Assembly: GCA_963754985.1 (NCBI GenBank)
Contig: CAVWIJ010000012.1
Span: forward strand, 514,249 to 578,248
Direction of reading: 5' to 3'
DNA: 64,000 bases
Origin: an uncultured Holophagae bacterium
Lineage (GTDB): Bacteria > Acidobacteriota > Thermoanaerobaculia > Thermoanaerobaculales > Sulfomarinibacteraceae
The notes beneath the pieces are model-generated. The model saw nothing but the letters and a program-made list of their open reading frames with translations, had not been told where the DNA came from and ran no database searches. Made by a program: the position numbers and the translations under genes. The first letter of the stretch is position 1, and each line of letters opens with the position of its first letter. Shown piece after piece: positions 22,223 through 31,973 of the stretch.

Positions 22223-25054
22223 GTGAGCGCTCTCACCGACCACCAGCGCCGGACCCTGGCCGACAGCGGCTGCGAGGTGCGCAGCGACGCCCTGACCCGG
22301 ACGCTCTACGCGACCGACGCCTCGATCTACCGGATCGAGCCGCGCGCGGTCGCCTTCCCGCGCTCGGCGGCCGAGACCGCGGCGCTCCTGCGCGCGGCGG
22401 CCGGCGCCGGGCTGTCCGTCATCCCCCGCGGCGCCGGCACCGGGCTGGCCGGCGGCGCGCTCGGCGACGGCGTGGTCGTCGACCTCGCCCGCCACAGCCG
22501 GTGGATCGACGGCCTCGACCTCGAGCGGCGGACCGTCCGCGTCGGCGCCGGGGTCGTGCTCGACCAGCTCAACGCCTTCCTCCGTCCCCACGGGCTGTGG
22601 TTCGGGCCGGACGTCGCCACCTCCTCCCGGGCCACCCTGGGCGGGATGATCGCCAGCAACTCCTCCGGCGCCCACGCGCCGGTCTACGGCACCACCGCCG
22701 ACCACGTCGAGGCCCTGGAGGTGGTGCTGGCGGACGGCACCGTGGCCCTCGTCGGGCGGGACGGCGCCGGGCTCGAGACGCTGCGCGACGAGGTCGACCG
22801 GGTCGTGGCGCGAGCATGCGGCCGCGATCGCCGACCGACTGCCGGACCTGCTCGTCAAGCACTGGCCGGGCTACGGTCTCGACGAGGTCCTGCGCCACCC
22901 GGGCGATCTCACGCGCCTGCTGTGCGGCAGCGAGGGCACGCTCGCGGCCGTGAGCTCGGCCGTGCTCCGGGTCGTGCCGTTGCCCACGCGCCGCAGCCTC
23001 GGGGTCGTCTTCTTCGCCTCGATGGCCGAGGCCATGGCGGCGGCGGTCGAGCTGCTCGAGCTCGAGCCGGCGGCGATCGAGCACATCGACCGACCCGCTC
23101 GTCGACCAGACCCGCGGCCAGCGCGAGTTCGCAGGCGGCGCGGGCCCTGCTCGGACTCGACGATGAGCCCTGCGAGTCGATCCTGATCGTCGAGCTCTTC
23201 GGCGAGGCGGAGGACCGCCTCGAATCGCTCGTCCGCTCCCGGCTCGGGTCGCGGCGGATGGCGCTGCGCGACCCGGCCGAGCAAGAGTTGGTGTGGGGTG
23301 TGCGGCGTGCCGGCCTGTCGCTGCTGAGCTCGATGCCAGGGTCGGCCAAGCCGGCCACCGGCATCGAGGACGTCTGCGTGCGGCCGCGCGACCTGCCGGC
23401 GTACGTGGCGGGGCTCCAGGAGATCCTGGCCCGGCTCGGCCTGAGCGCCTCGTTCTACGGCCACGTCGCGTCGGGCGAGCTCCACGTGCGGCCGGTCCTC
23501 GACCTGCACCGCGCCGAGGACGTCGCGAGGCTGCGCCGGGTCGCCGACGAGGTCGCGGACCTGTGCCGGCGCTTCGGCGGGTCGTTGGCCGCCGAGCACG
23601 GCCTCGGCATCGCACGCACCGAGTACCTCGAGGGCCAGGTCGGACCGGAGCTCGTCGCGGCCACGGCCGCGATCAAGCGGCTGTTCGATCCCGCCGGCGT
23701 GCTGAACCCGGGAAAGGTGGTCGACGACGGCCGCTATCGCATCGACCGCGACCTCCGGCTCGGCCCCGGCTCCGAGCTGGTGCTGACCTTCGCCGAGACC
23801 CTCGGCTTCGTCGACCGCGACCGCTCCTTCGCCGGCAACCTCGAGCAGTGCAACGGCTGCGGCGGCTGCCGCAAGGACGCGCCCACCATGTGCCCGACCT
23901 TCGTCGCCACCGGCGAGGAGATCCAGTCGACGCGCGGCCGGGCCAACACCATCCGGGCGGTGCTCGAGGGGCGGCTGGCCGCCGGCAGGCTGGACTCCGA
24001 GGAGCTCAGCGAGGCCCTCGAGAACTGCCTGTCGTGCAAGGCCTGTCGCCGCGAGTGTCCGTCCAACGTCGACCTCGCGCTGCTCAAGGCCGAGCTGCTG
24101 CACGCCCGCCACCGGCTTGCCGGCGTGCCCCTGCGCGACCGAGTCATTGCCGCGGCCGACGTCCTCGGCCGCCTCGGCTCGAGCGTGCCGTGGCTCGCCA
24201 ACGCGGTCGCCGGCTCGGCGCCGGGCCGCCGCCTCATCGCAGCCGCGCTCGGCTTCGACCCCTCCCGCCCGCTGCCCGCCTTCGCCGGGCAGCGCTTCGA
24301 CCGCTGGTTCGCCGCCCGGCCGCGGCCTTCGCCCGGCAGGAGGGGCCGAGTCGTGCTCTGGGACGACACCTGGGTCCGCTACCACGAGCCCGGGATCGGT
24401 CGCGCTGCGGTGGCGGTGCTCGACGCCGCGGGCTACGAGGTGGTGCTGGCGGAGGGCCGCCGCTGCTGCGGCCGGCCGGCGGCCAGCCGCGGGTTGCTCG
24501 ACGACGTGCGGCGCCTCGGCGAGCACAACGTTGCCCTCCTCCGTGATTTCGCCGAGGGCGCGTCGATCGTCTTCCTCGAGCCTTCCTGTTACTCGATGTT
24601 CATCGACGAGTACCGGCAGCTCCGGATCCCCGGCGCGGCCGAGGTCGCGGCGCGCTGCGTGCTCTTCGAGGAGCTACTGGCCGGCCTGCTGGGCTCGCAG
24701 CCCGACGCGCTGGCATTCCGCGGCGACGGCCTGCGGGTGGCGATCCACGGTCACTGCCACACCAAGGCCCTCGGCGACGCCCGCCTGCTGCCCCGGCTCG
24801 CGCAGCGGATCCCCGGGGCGCGCGCCGAGCTCCTCGCCACCGGCTGCTGCGGGATGGCCGGGGCCTTCGGCATGATGGCGTCGAAGGCGGCCTTGTCGCG
24901 CGCGGTGGCGACGCCCCTGGTGGAGGCGATCGAGTCCCAGCCGGAAGGCACGCTGGTCGTCGCCTGCGGCACGAGCTGCCGGGCGCAGATCCGCCACCTG
25001 AGCGACGCGAAACCTCTGCACATGGCCGAGCTGCTCGCCGCCTCGCTCGCTTGA
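22223..25054 (+). CDS. Fused FAD-binding (GlcD-like) and Fe-S/CCG-domain (GlpC/GlcF-like) oxidoreductase with three +1 shifts that restore the frame
   Basis: The GTG at 22223 is in frame with track ORF 22118..25054. Motifs are PRGAGTGLAGGA, AAEHGLGI, CNGCGGCRK...CP and CLSCKACRRECP (two 4Fe-4S motifs), plus C-terminal CCG-type cysteines (ATGCCGMAG). Residues encoded at about 22808-23131 read in f3/f1 (track ORF 22950..23186). Confidence 0.8.
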   Translation: MSALTDHQRRTLADSGCEVRSDALTRTLYATDASIYRIEPRAVAFPRSAAETAALLRAAAGAGLSVIPRGAGTGLAGGALGDGVVVDLARHSRWIDGLDLERRTVRVGAGVVLDQLNAFLRPHGLWFGPDVATSSRATLGGMIASNSSGAHAPVYGTTADHVEALEVVLADGTVALVGRDGAGLETLRDEVDRVVARACGRDRRPTAGPARQALAGLRSRRGPAPPGRSHAPAVRQRGHARGRELGRAPGRAVAHAPQPRGRLLRLDGRGHGGGGRAARARAGGDRAHRPTRSSTRPAASASSQAARALLGLDDEPCESILIVELFGEAEDRLESLVRSRLGSRRMALRDPAEQELVWGVRRAGLSLLSSMPGSAKPATGIEDVCVRPRDLPAYVAGLQEILARLGLSASFYGHVASGELHVRPVLDLHRAEDVARLRRVADEVADLCRRFGGSLAAEHGLGIARTEYLEGQVGPELVAATAAIKRLFDPAGVLNPGKVVDDGRYRIDRDLRLGPGSELVLTFAETLGFVDRDRSFAGNLEQCNGCGGCRKDAPTMCPTFVATGEEIQSTRGRANTIRAVLEGRLAAGRLDSEELSEALENCLSCKACRRECPSNVDLALLKAELLHARHRLAGVPLRDRVIAAADVLGRLGSSVPWLANAVAGSAPGRRLIAAALGFDPSRPLPAFAGQRFDRWFAARPRPSPGRRGRVVLWDDTWVRYHEPGIGRAAVAVLDAAGYEVVLAEGRRCCGRPAASRGLLDDVRRLGEHNVALLRDFAEGASIVFLEPSCYSMFIDEYRQLRIPGAAEVAARCVLFEELLAGLLGSQPDALAFRGDGLRVAIHGHCHTKALGDARLLPRLAQRIPGARAELLATGCCGMAGAFGMMASKAALSRAVATPLVEAIESQPEGTLVVACGTSCRAQIRHLSDAKPLHMAELLAASLA

Positions 25055-25086
25055 CCACGAAGAGAGTCTGGTGTCCGTGGGCGAGG

Positions 25087-25207
25087 ACCCCCGCCCGCTT
25101 CCGCGCCCCCTTCCGCATCCGGATGACTATTGACGGTCGGGACACGACCGCCCGGATTCGGGCTCGGGCGCGGACTCGGGCGCGGAAGGGGAAGCGGAAG
25201 CGGGTGA
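25087..25207. repeat. Hexamer-arm repeat (locus R5), an imperfect long hairpin
   Basis: CCGCCCGCTTCCGCGCCCCCTTCCGCATCCGG faces CCGGATTCGGGCTCGGGCGCGGACTCGGGCGCGGAAGGGGAAGCGGAAGCGGG across a spacer of about 30 nt. Confidence 0.6.
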
Positions 25208-25302
25208 AGGCACTGAGCCCCCGTCCTGCCAACTGAGCGAACCCGAAACGGCGGACTCTCGTTACTCCACGTGGAAGGATCGATTCCCGGTCCCCGAAAG
25301 GG

Positions 25303-25486
25303 CTAGCCCGGGAATCTCACCGGGTTTCGTCGCGAGGGTGGCGAGGTGCCGTGCGCAGTGGGGATTTCGTCCCGAGGGGCGCGGAGGCGTACTTGACAGT
25401 ACGTCGAGCACCGCGAGGCGAGAAAGCACCGCTGAGCGCGGTACATCGTCGGCCGCAGTAGAAAGTTGGTGAGATATCCGGGCTAG
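25303..25486. mobile_element. MITE-like 180-bp element, copy 1, with 19-bp terminal inverted repeats (17/19 match)
   Basis: CTAGCCCGGGAATCTCACC at 25303-25321 faces GGTGAGATATCCGGGCTAG at 25468-25486. The interior is about 92% identical to 32944-33123. There is no ORF of its own. Confidence 0.6.
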
Positions 25487-25510
25487 AATCGGTCCAGTCC
25501 GGGAGGCTAG

Positions 25511-26479
25511 ATGCAGATCTCGTTCGTGGAACCCCTGTCGCGCGCCTGGGAGCGGATGCGGCGGATGCTGTTCGCGCCCTTCGAGCTCGCACGTTGGCTG
25601 GTGCTCGGCTTCTCGGCGTGGCTCGCCGGGCTGGCGAGCAGCGACTGGGGCACGAAGCTGGCGGGGAACGCGCCGGACTCGATCGACGAGCACGCGCTCG
25701 TGCCGTTCGAGTTCGGGGAGCTGGCGGACGCGATCGCCGACCACCTCGTGTGGCTGCCGCTCATCCTGCTCGCCGTGCTCGTCGTCGCCGCCATCCTGAT
25801 CGCGCTGCTGTGGGTGAGCTCTCGCGGCAAGCTCGTCTTTCTCGACAACGTGGTCCACGAGCGGGCGGCGATCGTCGAGCCGTGGAAGCGCCTCGGAAAG
25901 CTCGGCGACTCCCTGTTCTGGTGGCGGCTCGGCTTCGCGGCGATCGTGCTCGCGATGGTGCTGGCGGTTCTGGCCGCGGTCGTCCTGCCGGCGGCCGCGG
26001 CATCGCTTGGCGAGACCCTGCGCGGCCTGTCGATCGCCGCCATCCTGCTCGGAGCGTTGGCACTCGCGACGATCGCCGTGGCGGCGTTGCTCGTGCTGCT
26101 GCTCCTCGAGAGCTTCGTGATCCCGATCATGTACCGCTTCGACCAGTCGGCCACGGCGGCGTGGCGGACGCTGCTGCCCTGGATCAAGCGCTTCCCCGGC
26201 TGGTTCCTCGCCTATGCCGCCGTGATCTTCCTCGCGGCGATCGCCTTCCAGATGATGGTGCTGGTCCTCTGCCTGTTCACCTGCTGCATCATCCTGATCC
26301 CCTACGTGGGCACGGTGATCCTGCTGCCGGTGTGGGTCCTGTACCGGTCCTATAGCGTCGAGTTCCTGGCCCAGCTCCACCCGGACTTCGACCTCTTCGA
26401 GGCGGCGGCCGTCACGCCGGCGCCGATCGAGACGGGCGAGGCGTCGCGCGAGCCCGAGTCCGGGGGTGACGTGGGCTGA
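25511..26479 (+). CDS. Hypothetical multi-pass membrane protein
   Basis: Intact 322-aa ORF with 6-7 hydrophobic helices (for example LPLILLAVLVVAAILIALLWV and MMVLVLCLFTCCIILIPYVGTVILLPVWVLY). I recognise no catalytic motif. Confidence 0.65.
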   Translation: MQISFVEPLSRAWERMRRMLFAPFELARWLVLGFSAWLAGLASSDWGTKLAGNAPDSIDEHALVPFEFGELADAIADHLVWLPLILLAVLVVAAILIALLWVSSRGKLVFLDNVVHERAAIVEPWKRLGKLGDSLFWWRLGFAAIVLAMVLAVLAAVVLPAAAASLGETLRGLSIAAILLGALALATIAVAALLVLLLLESFVIPIMYRFDQSATAAWRTLLPWIKRFPGWFLAYAAVIFLAAIAFQMMVLVLCLFTCCIILIPYVGTVILLPVWVLYRSYSVEFLAQLHPDFDLFEAAAVTPAPIETGEASREPESGGDVG

Positions 26480-26489
26480 GGACGTGCCG

Positions 26490-26905
26490 GAAGGGCAGTC
26501 GGGAACGGGAACGGAAACCCCTCGACTCGCGACGCCCTTACGCCGCTCGCTCGGGGAAGACTCCTCGGGCGCGGATCCGGCTCCGTCCTGCGGAGTACGC
26601 CGTGACACGAGCGGGCGGGCGGGTGGTTCACCGCCTCACTGCCTCACTGCTTCGGGATCGGGGACGGCAGCCCGTCCTCATCGTCGTCTTCGCAATCTTT
26701 GCGCCTTCGCGGTTCAAGTGCCCGATGGCGGGCGCGGAGACCCTTAGACTTGCGGCGCCGTGGCGCCGCTGCGCTCAGGGCAGGCTCCACGGGCACGGGC
26801 GCGGAAGCCTTCGACTCGCGGCATCGCTTCGCCGCTCGCGCAGGGCAGGCTCGCGTCGGGCGCGGGCGGGGGATCTAACCCCTAACCCCTGTCACCTAAC
26901 TCGCT
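26490..26905. repeat. Composite intergenic repeat region (locus R6)
   Basis: GGGAACGGGAACGGAAAC lies near 26500. The unit CTTCGACTCGC...GCTCGC.CAGGGCAGGCTC occurs twice (26520-26560 and 26806-26852). Heptamers CTAACCC/CTAACCC/CTGTCAC/CTAACTC lie at 26875-26902. Confidence 0.55.
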
Positions 26906-26909
26906 TCGC

Positions 26910-27842
26910 TCACGGCCTCGCAGCTTTCCACCCGTAGCCGTGATACTCCCAGTCGACGCGGTCGGGACGCAGGGTGAGCACGCCGAATCCTTCGCCGGTG
27001 CCGTGCCAGGCGCCGCGCCACCACTTGCCGCACAGGGCGCCGCCGGTGATGAAGGTGGTTTCTCGCCAGCGCAGCATCTCGGCGACGTGGAGGTGGCCCT
27101 GGAGCACGAGCAGCAGGTTGTGTCCCTCGAAGAGCTCCAGGACCTCCCGATTGTTGACCACCACCCGGTTGGCAGGCGCGACCGCGGTCGCCCCCTCGGT
27201 GGCCTGGTAGAAGCCGGTGAGCAGCGGCAGGTGGCTCGCGAGGACGATCGGCGTCGAGCGGTCGATCGACTCGAGCTCGGTCGCCAGCCAACGCAGCTGG
27301 TCCGGCTCGATCCGGCCGTGGTACTGGTCGTCGCCGCCGACCACCGACACCGCGTCGAGAATCAGGAGCCGGTAGCCGCCAACCCCGACCGACCGGTAGG
27401 TGCGCTCGAGAGAGAAGGCGCGGCGGAACTCGCCGCGCGGGTCGGCGCTCGGCGGGCTGCCGTCCTCCGGAATTGCCGCCACGAGGTCGTGGTTGCCGAG
27501 CGCCGGCTCGACCCTGGCCCGCAGCGCGCGGTGCATTTCGAGGTAGGCCTGCCAGCGCGGCGCCACCGTCGCGGACGAGGACTGGAAGCCGTCGGTGATG
27601 AGGTCGCCGCCGGCCACGATGAGCTCGGGCCGCTGTGCGTTGATCGCGGCCGCCGCCATCGCGAGCGCGCGCGGGGTCTCCCACTCGACCCTGGCGTGCA
27701 CGTCGGTGAAGAAGACGATCCGGAAGGCCTCGCCGGCGGCGCCGGGTGCGGCCCAGCTCGCGCGCAGCGGCAGGCCGGCCAGCGCGGCGCCGGAGAGGGC
27801 CAACAGCTCTCTCCTCGACAGGTGCTGGTTGGAACGGCTCAT
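26910..27842 (-). CDS. Tat-exported metallophosphoesterase
   Basis: The ATG at 27842 is in frame within track ORF 26910..29108. The twin-arginine signal is SRRELLALSGAALAG. Calcineurin-like motifs are FFTDVHA, GGDLITDG, GNHD and LQGHLH. Confidence 0.8.
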   Translation of the reverse strand: MSRSNQHLSRRELLALSGAALAGLPLRASWAAPGAAGEAFRIVFFTDVHARVEWETPRALAMAAAAINAQRPELIVAGGDLITDGFQSSSATVAPRWQAYLEMHRALRARVEPALGNHDLVAAIPEDGSPPSADPRGEFRRAFSLERTYRSVGVGGYRLLILDAVSVVGGDDQYHGRIEPDQLRWLATELESIDRSTPIVLASHLPLLTGFYQATEGATAVAPANRVVVNNREVLELFEGHNLLLVLQGHLHVAEMLRWRETTFITGGALCGKWWRGAWHGTGEGFGVLTLRPDRVDWEYHGYGWKAARP

Positions 27843-29100
27843 GAGGTGGCCTCCAGTCGGAGTGGGCGACGACGGACCAGGGCGTCGAGCGCCAGCAGGA
27901 TGGCCGCCGCCGCGAGCAGCCCGAAGCGCAGGCCGCGCTCCGAGACGGCCGTGATGAGGTGGGCGGCCGAGGAGCTGACGAACGGCCTCTCGGGGTCGTA
28001 CTGCTGCTCGAGAAGCTGCCGCAGGCGGGGCTTCAGCGTGAAGCTGGACTGCGCCAGGGTGCGGCCGAAGAGCCGCTCGAGCAGCTGCTGCTCCCGCAGC
28101 GCGATGGTCGCGTGCTCGCGAGCCGCCGCGGAGCCAGGTGGAGCCGAGCCGAGGCGACGAAGGTGGACATCCCGGCTGAAGAGGTGGACTCGCGCCTCGT
28201 ACAGGAAGGGGTCGTCGACCTCCGAGTGCTCCTGCTGGAAGCGCCGGTACCGCCCTTCCGGATAGCGGTCGAGCAGCGCCGCAACCTCGGCGGAACGGTG
28301 GCGGTCCTGCTGCGCGAGCTCGGCAAGGGTCAACCTGGATTTGAGCTCGCCGATGCCCGGCAGCCGGTGGCGGAAGCCGTACTCGGCCATGGCGTTGTCG
28401 GCGAGGGCGAGCAGCGCCAGGCCCGGGACGCGCTCCGCGTACCATGCGACGCGCTCGGGCGTGTTGGCCAGGCACAGCGCGAGCAGCAGGAGGAGGGCCG
28501 ACGCGAGGCGCAACGCCAGCGAGACCGACCAGGCCCGCGGCCGCCGCCACGGCCCGGGGTCCAGGCGCCACAGGGCTGCCGCCGCGAGCACGCAGGCGCC
28601 GGCGTTGACGGCCAGGTCCCGGAGGTCCCAGAATCCTGCCTGGGACGATCCACTGGATGATCTCGTCGACGGTTCCGACCAGGGCGCCCAGCAGCGCGGC
28701 GGTCGACCAGGATTGCCACGTCGGGCTCGGCCGGGCGCATCGCCCGGTAGAGCAGCACCGCGAGGATGCCGAACTGAATGAGGTGGACCGCCTCCTCGGG
28801 TCGCCTCCGCAGAATGCCAGGCGGATGCCCCGAAGGCGGCCGCGATCGCGACCAGCCAGGCGAGGTCGAGCAGGGTGGTCGACCGCGGCGACCGGCGCAG
28901 GAGGATGAACGCGGTCCCGAGTGCCGCCGCGACTGCAACGAGAACCGCCCCGAGGATCCACTCGGACCCGGGCGAGCCGAACACGTTCTCCTGGAGCGGG
29001 CGTACCAGAGGGATGCCCGCGAACAGGAGCGCGGTCCACGCCGCGGCCGCGATCGCGGCCGGCTCGGTGCCGCGTCGGCTCGCGCGAGAGCCGGTCAGGA
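27839..29100 (-). CDS. VanZ-like membrane protein with a long C-terminal extension, at least 2 frame breaks and an unresolved start
   Basis: The C-terminal two-thirds lies in track ORF 27839..30043. The core is split over 28330..28938 (EEAVHLIQFGILAVLLYRA) and 26910..29108 (LLGALVGTVDEIIQWIVPGR), then continues as WDLRDLAVNAGA. The stop overlaps the next start (ATGA at 27839-27842). Confidence 0.45.
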
Positions 29101-29212
29101 TCAGCCACTCGCTACGATCGTACCCGACGCCGGCGCCGCCTGGGACGGCTGGTGCGGCGTCGTCGGCTGCGGTACAACTGGTGGCCGCATACCGGCGACA
29201 GCGGAGGCGGCC

Positions 29213-30799
29213 ATGGCGCGCGGCGACCACATCCTGGCCATCGACCACGGCACCCAGAGCGTGCGCGCACTGCTCTTCGACCCGAGGGGCACCCTCGTCC
29301 ACAAGGCGCGGGTCGAGGTCGAGCCCTACACCTCGCCGCGGCCGGGCTGGGCGGAGCAGGACCCGGAGCTCTACTGGCGCTCGCTCGGCGAGGCGTGCCG
29401 GCTGCTGTGGGCCGCATCGTCGGTGCCGCGGGAGGCGGTCGCGGGGGTCGCCCTGACCACCCAGCGGGCGACCATGATCAACGTCGACCGCGCACGGCAA
29501 GCCGCTGCGGCCGGCCATCGTCTGGCTCGACCAGCGCCGCACCGAGGGCCTGGCGCCGGTCGGCGGCGCGTGGGGCGTCGCCTTCCGCGCTCGCGCGGAT
29601 GGCGGAGACGGTGGCCTATTTCCAGGCCGAGGCCGAGGCCAACTGGATCCATGCCAACCAGCCGCGAGGTCTGGGAGCAGACCCACAAGTACCTGTTCCT
29701 GTCCGGCTTCCTGACCCACCGCCTGGTCGGCCGCTTCGTCGACTCGGTCGGCTGCCAGGTCGGCTACGTGCCCTTCGACTACACGCGGCCTGCGCTGGGC
29801 GGGTCCACGGCGACTGGAAGTGGCGGCGCCCTGGCGATCGAGCGCGAGATGCTGCCCGAGCTCGTGCCGCCCGGCGAGGTGCTGGGCGAGATCACGGCGG
29901 CGGCCTCGGCGGCCACCGGCATCCCCGCGGGCCTGCCGCTGATCGCGGCGGCCGCCGACAAGGCCTGCGAGGTCATCGGGGCCGGCTGCCTCGAGCCCCA
30001 CGTCGCCTGCCTGTCCTACGGCACCGACGGCCACCATCAACACGACGCACCGGCGCTACGTCGAGGCGATCCCGATGATCCCGCCCTACCCGGCGGCGGT
30101 GCCCGGCGCCTACACGCTCGAGGTGCAGATCAACCGCGGCTACTGGATGGTCGTCGTGGTTCAAGCGGGAGTTCGGGCTCCGCGAGCAGCGGATCGCGGA
30201 CGAGCGCGGCATCGCGCCGGAGGAGCTCTTCGACGAGCTGGTGGCCGCCGTCCCGCCGGGCTCGATGGGGCTGGTGCTGCAGCCCTACTGGTCGCCCGGC
30301 GTCAAGGTGCCCGGGCCCGAGGCCAAGGGTGCGGTGATCGGCTTCGGCGACGTCCACACCCGGGCCCATCTCTACCGGGCGATCCTCGAGGGTCTGGCCT
30401 ACGCGCCTCCGGGAGGGGGGCGAGCGCTGCCAGCGGCGCAGCGGCGTGCCGCTGACCGAGATCCGGGTTGCCGGCGGCGGGTCGCAGAGCGACGCCGCGA
30501 TGCAGATCACGGCCGACGTCTTCGGCCTGCCCGCGGCACGGCCCCACGTCTACGAGGCCTCCGGCCTGGGAGCGGCGATCGACGCGGCCGTCGGCCTCGG
30601 GCTGCACCCCGACTTCGAAACCGCGGTCGCGGAGATGACCCGGCGCGGCCGCCAGTTCGAGCCCGACCCGGCAAGCCACGAGGTCTACGAGGGGCTCTAC
30701 CGCGAGGTCTACCTCAAGATGTACGCGCGGCTGCGGCCGCTCTACGAGGAGATCCGCAGGATCACCGGGTATCCGAAGGGGTTGGGGGAGAGGGGATAG
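29213..30799 (+). pseudogene. FGGY-family carbohydrate kinase (xylulokinase/glycerol-kinase-like) with at least 6 frame changes as assembled
   Basis: The ATG at 29213 gives MARGDHILAIDHGTQSVRALLFD. Further fragments are [70 protein letters not shown] and IRVAGGGSQSDAAMQITADVFG, spread over f2, f1, f2, f3, f1 and f2. Confidence 0.65.
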
Positions 30800-31060
30800 G
30801 GAGTAGGGCCCCCGCTTCCGCTTCCGCGCCCGCTTCCGATACCGGTTCCGCGCCCGACCTGATTCCGCTCCCGTCCCCGTTCCCGACCCGGCCGGCCCTG
30901 ATCGGGCCGCACGTCCGTGTCCGATCTTCAAGGCATCATCCGAGCTCGCGTTGCGCGCGGTTTGCGCGGCGGTGGTCGTCCCCGCCGCCAAGGTCGAGTC
31001 GTCGCGTCGGAAGCGGACTCGGGCGCGGAAGCGGAAGCGGGCGCGGGAATCAGCCACGCG
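30781..31060. repeat. Composite intergenic repeat (locus R7): heptamer/G4 tract plus a perfect 22-bp inverted hexamer-arm pair
   Basis: GGGGGAGAGGGGATAGGGAGTAGGG lies at 30784-30808 and covers the kinase stop codon. CCCGCTTCCGCTTCCGCGCCCG (30811-30832) is the exact reverse complement of 31019-31040, with a 186-nt spacer. Confidence 0.75.
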
Positions 31061-31077
31061 TCTTCTGGCCGCGTGAG

Positions 31078-31857
31078 CTACCAGCTCCGGGCAAGCAGCG
31101 TCACACCGATGACGAGCAGGGCGGCGCTCACCAGACGCCGGAAGGTCGCTTCGTCGATCCGCAGGTGGATGCGGTCACCGACGAGTGCGCCGAGCATCGC
31201 CGCCGGCACCAGGGCGAGCGAGGACCAGACCCTGGGCTCGGTGATGAGCCCGAAGGCGGCGTACGAGGGGAGCCGGAACGCGGTCATCAGCAGGAAGATC
31301 GCCATCAGGTTGCCGCGGAAGGCAGCCTTGTCGCTGCCCCGGAGCTGGTAGTAGAAGATCAGGGGCGGTCCCCCGGTGCCGAACAGGCCGGTCAGCACGC
31401 CCGAGACCAGGCCGACCGGCGGCGCGGTCCAGGCAGGGACTGCCCGCGGGGGATGGTCAGGGGTGAGCAGGAACAACCCGCCGGCGATCGCCATCACCAC
31501 CCCGAGCAGAGGCAGCAGCAGGCCGAGGTCGCCCGCCGACAGCAGCCAGGTGCCGATGGGGATGCCGGTCGCGACACCGAACATGACCAGCAGCACGCCG
31601 CGCCACGAGATGTGGCGCCAGGAGGCGGCGACGACGTAGATCTCGGCGGGCAGGTTGACCAGCAGCAAGAGGACGACCACGTCGCGGAGCTCGGGCATGA
31701 TCATGGCCATCAAGCCGACCGCGACCAGGCCGGCGCCGAAGCCGAGCGCCACGTAAATGGCCTCGGCGCACGCCAGGATCAGGCCGGCAACGAGGAACTG
31801 GCCTGGCGACGCGAACACGGTCTCCACCGTCTCTCCGCGTAACAGTCTATCCGGCAC
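31078..31857 (-). CDS. TauE/SafE (TSUP) family anion permease
   Basis: Intact 259-aa ORF with 7-8 TM helices and the two family repeats GFGAGLVAV and GLFGTGGPPLIFY. Confidence 0.8.
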   Translation of the reverse strand: MPDRLLRGETVETVFASPGQFLVAGLILACAEAIYVALGFGAGLVAVGLMAMIMPELRDVVVLLLLVNLPAEIYVVAASWRHISWRGVLLVMFGVATGIPIGTWLLSAGDLGLLLPLLGVVMAIAGGLFLLTPDHPPRAVPAWTAPPVGLVSGVLTGLFGTGGPPLIFYYQLRGSDKAAFRGNLMAIFLLMTAFRLPSYAAFGLITEPRVWSSLALVPAAMLGALVGDRIHLRIDEATFRRLVSAALLVIGVTLLARSW

Positions 31858-31973
31858 GGCCGTGCCCGCGGAATGCGGCCGGCCTCCGACGGGTTGGCAA
31901 GGCCGATGCGAGAGCTGCGCCTTGCCGCCGCCGTTGCAACGACAGAGCTCGCTGCGGTCGGTACACTGTCCCC

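Noticed and set aside
25303-25486. The 180-bp inverted-repeat element considered as a retron ncRNA, an omega/TnpB-type guide RNA, or a tRNA/tmRNA
   Set aside because: There is no reverse transcriptase, TnpB or IscB anywhere in the window. Multiple dispersed copies argue against a retron. I could find no cloverleaf or T-loop (GGTTCGAATCC-like) motif.
26875-26890. The telomere-like CTAACCCCTAACCCC tract
   Set aside because: There are only two units. The tract is embedded in a heptamer tract of the intergenic repeat family in the middle of a bacterial gene array, and there is no other sign of a replicon end.
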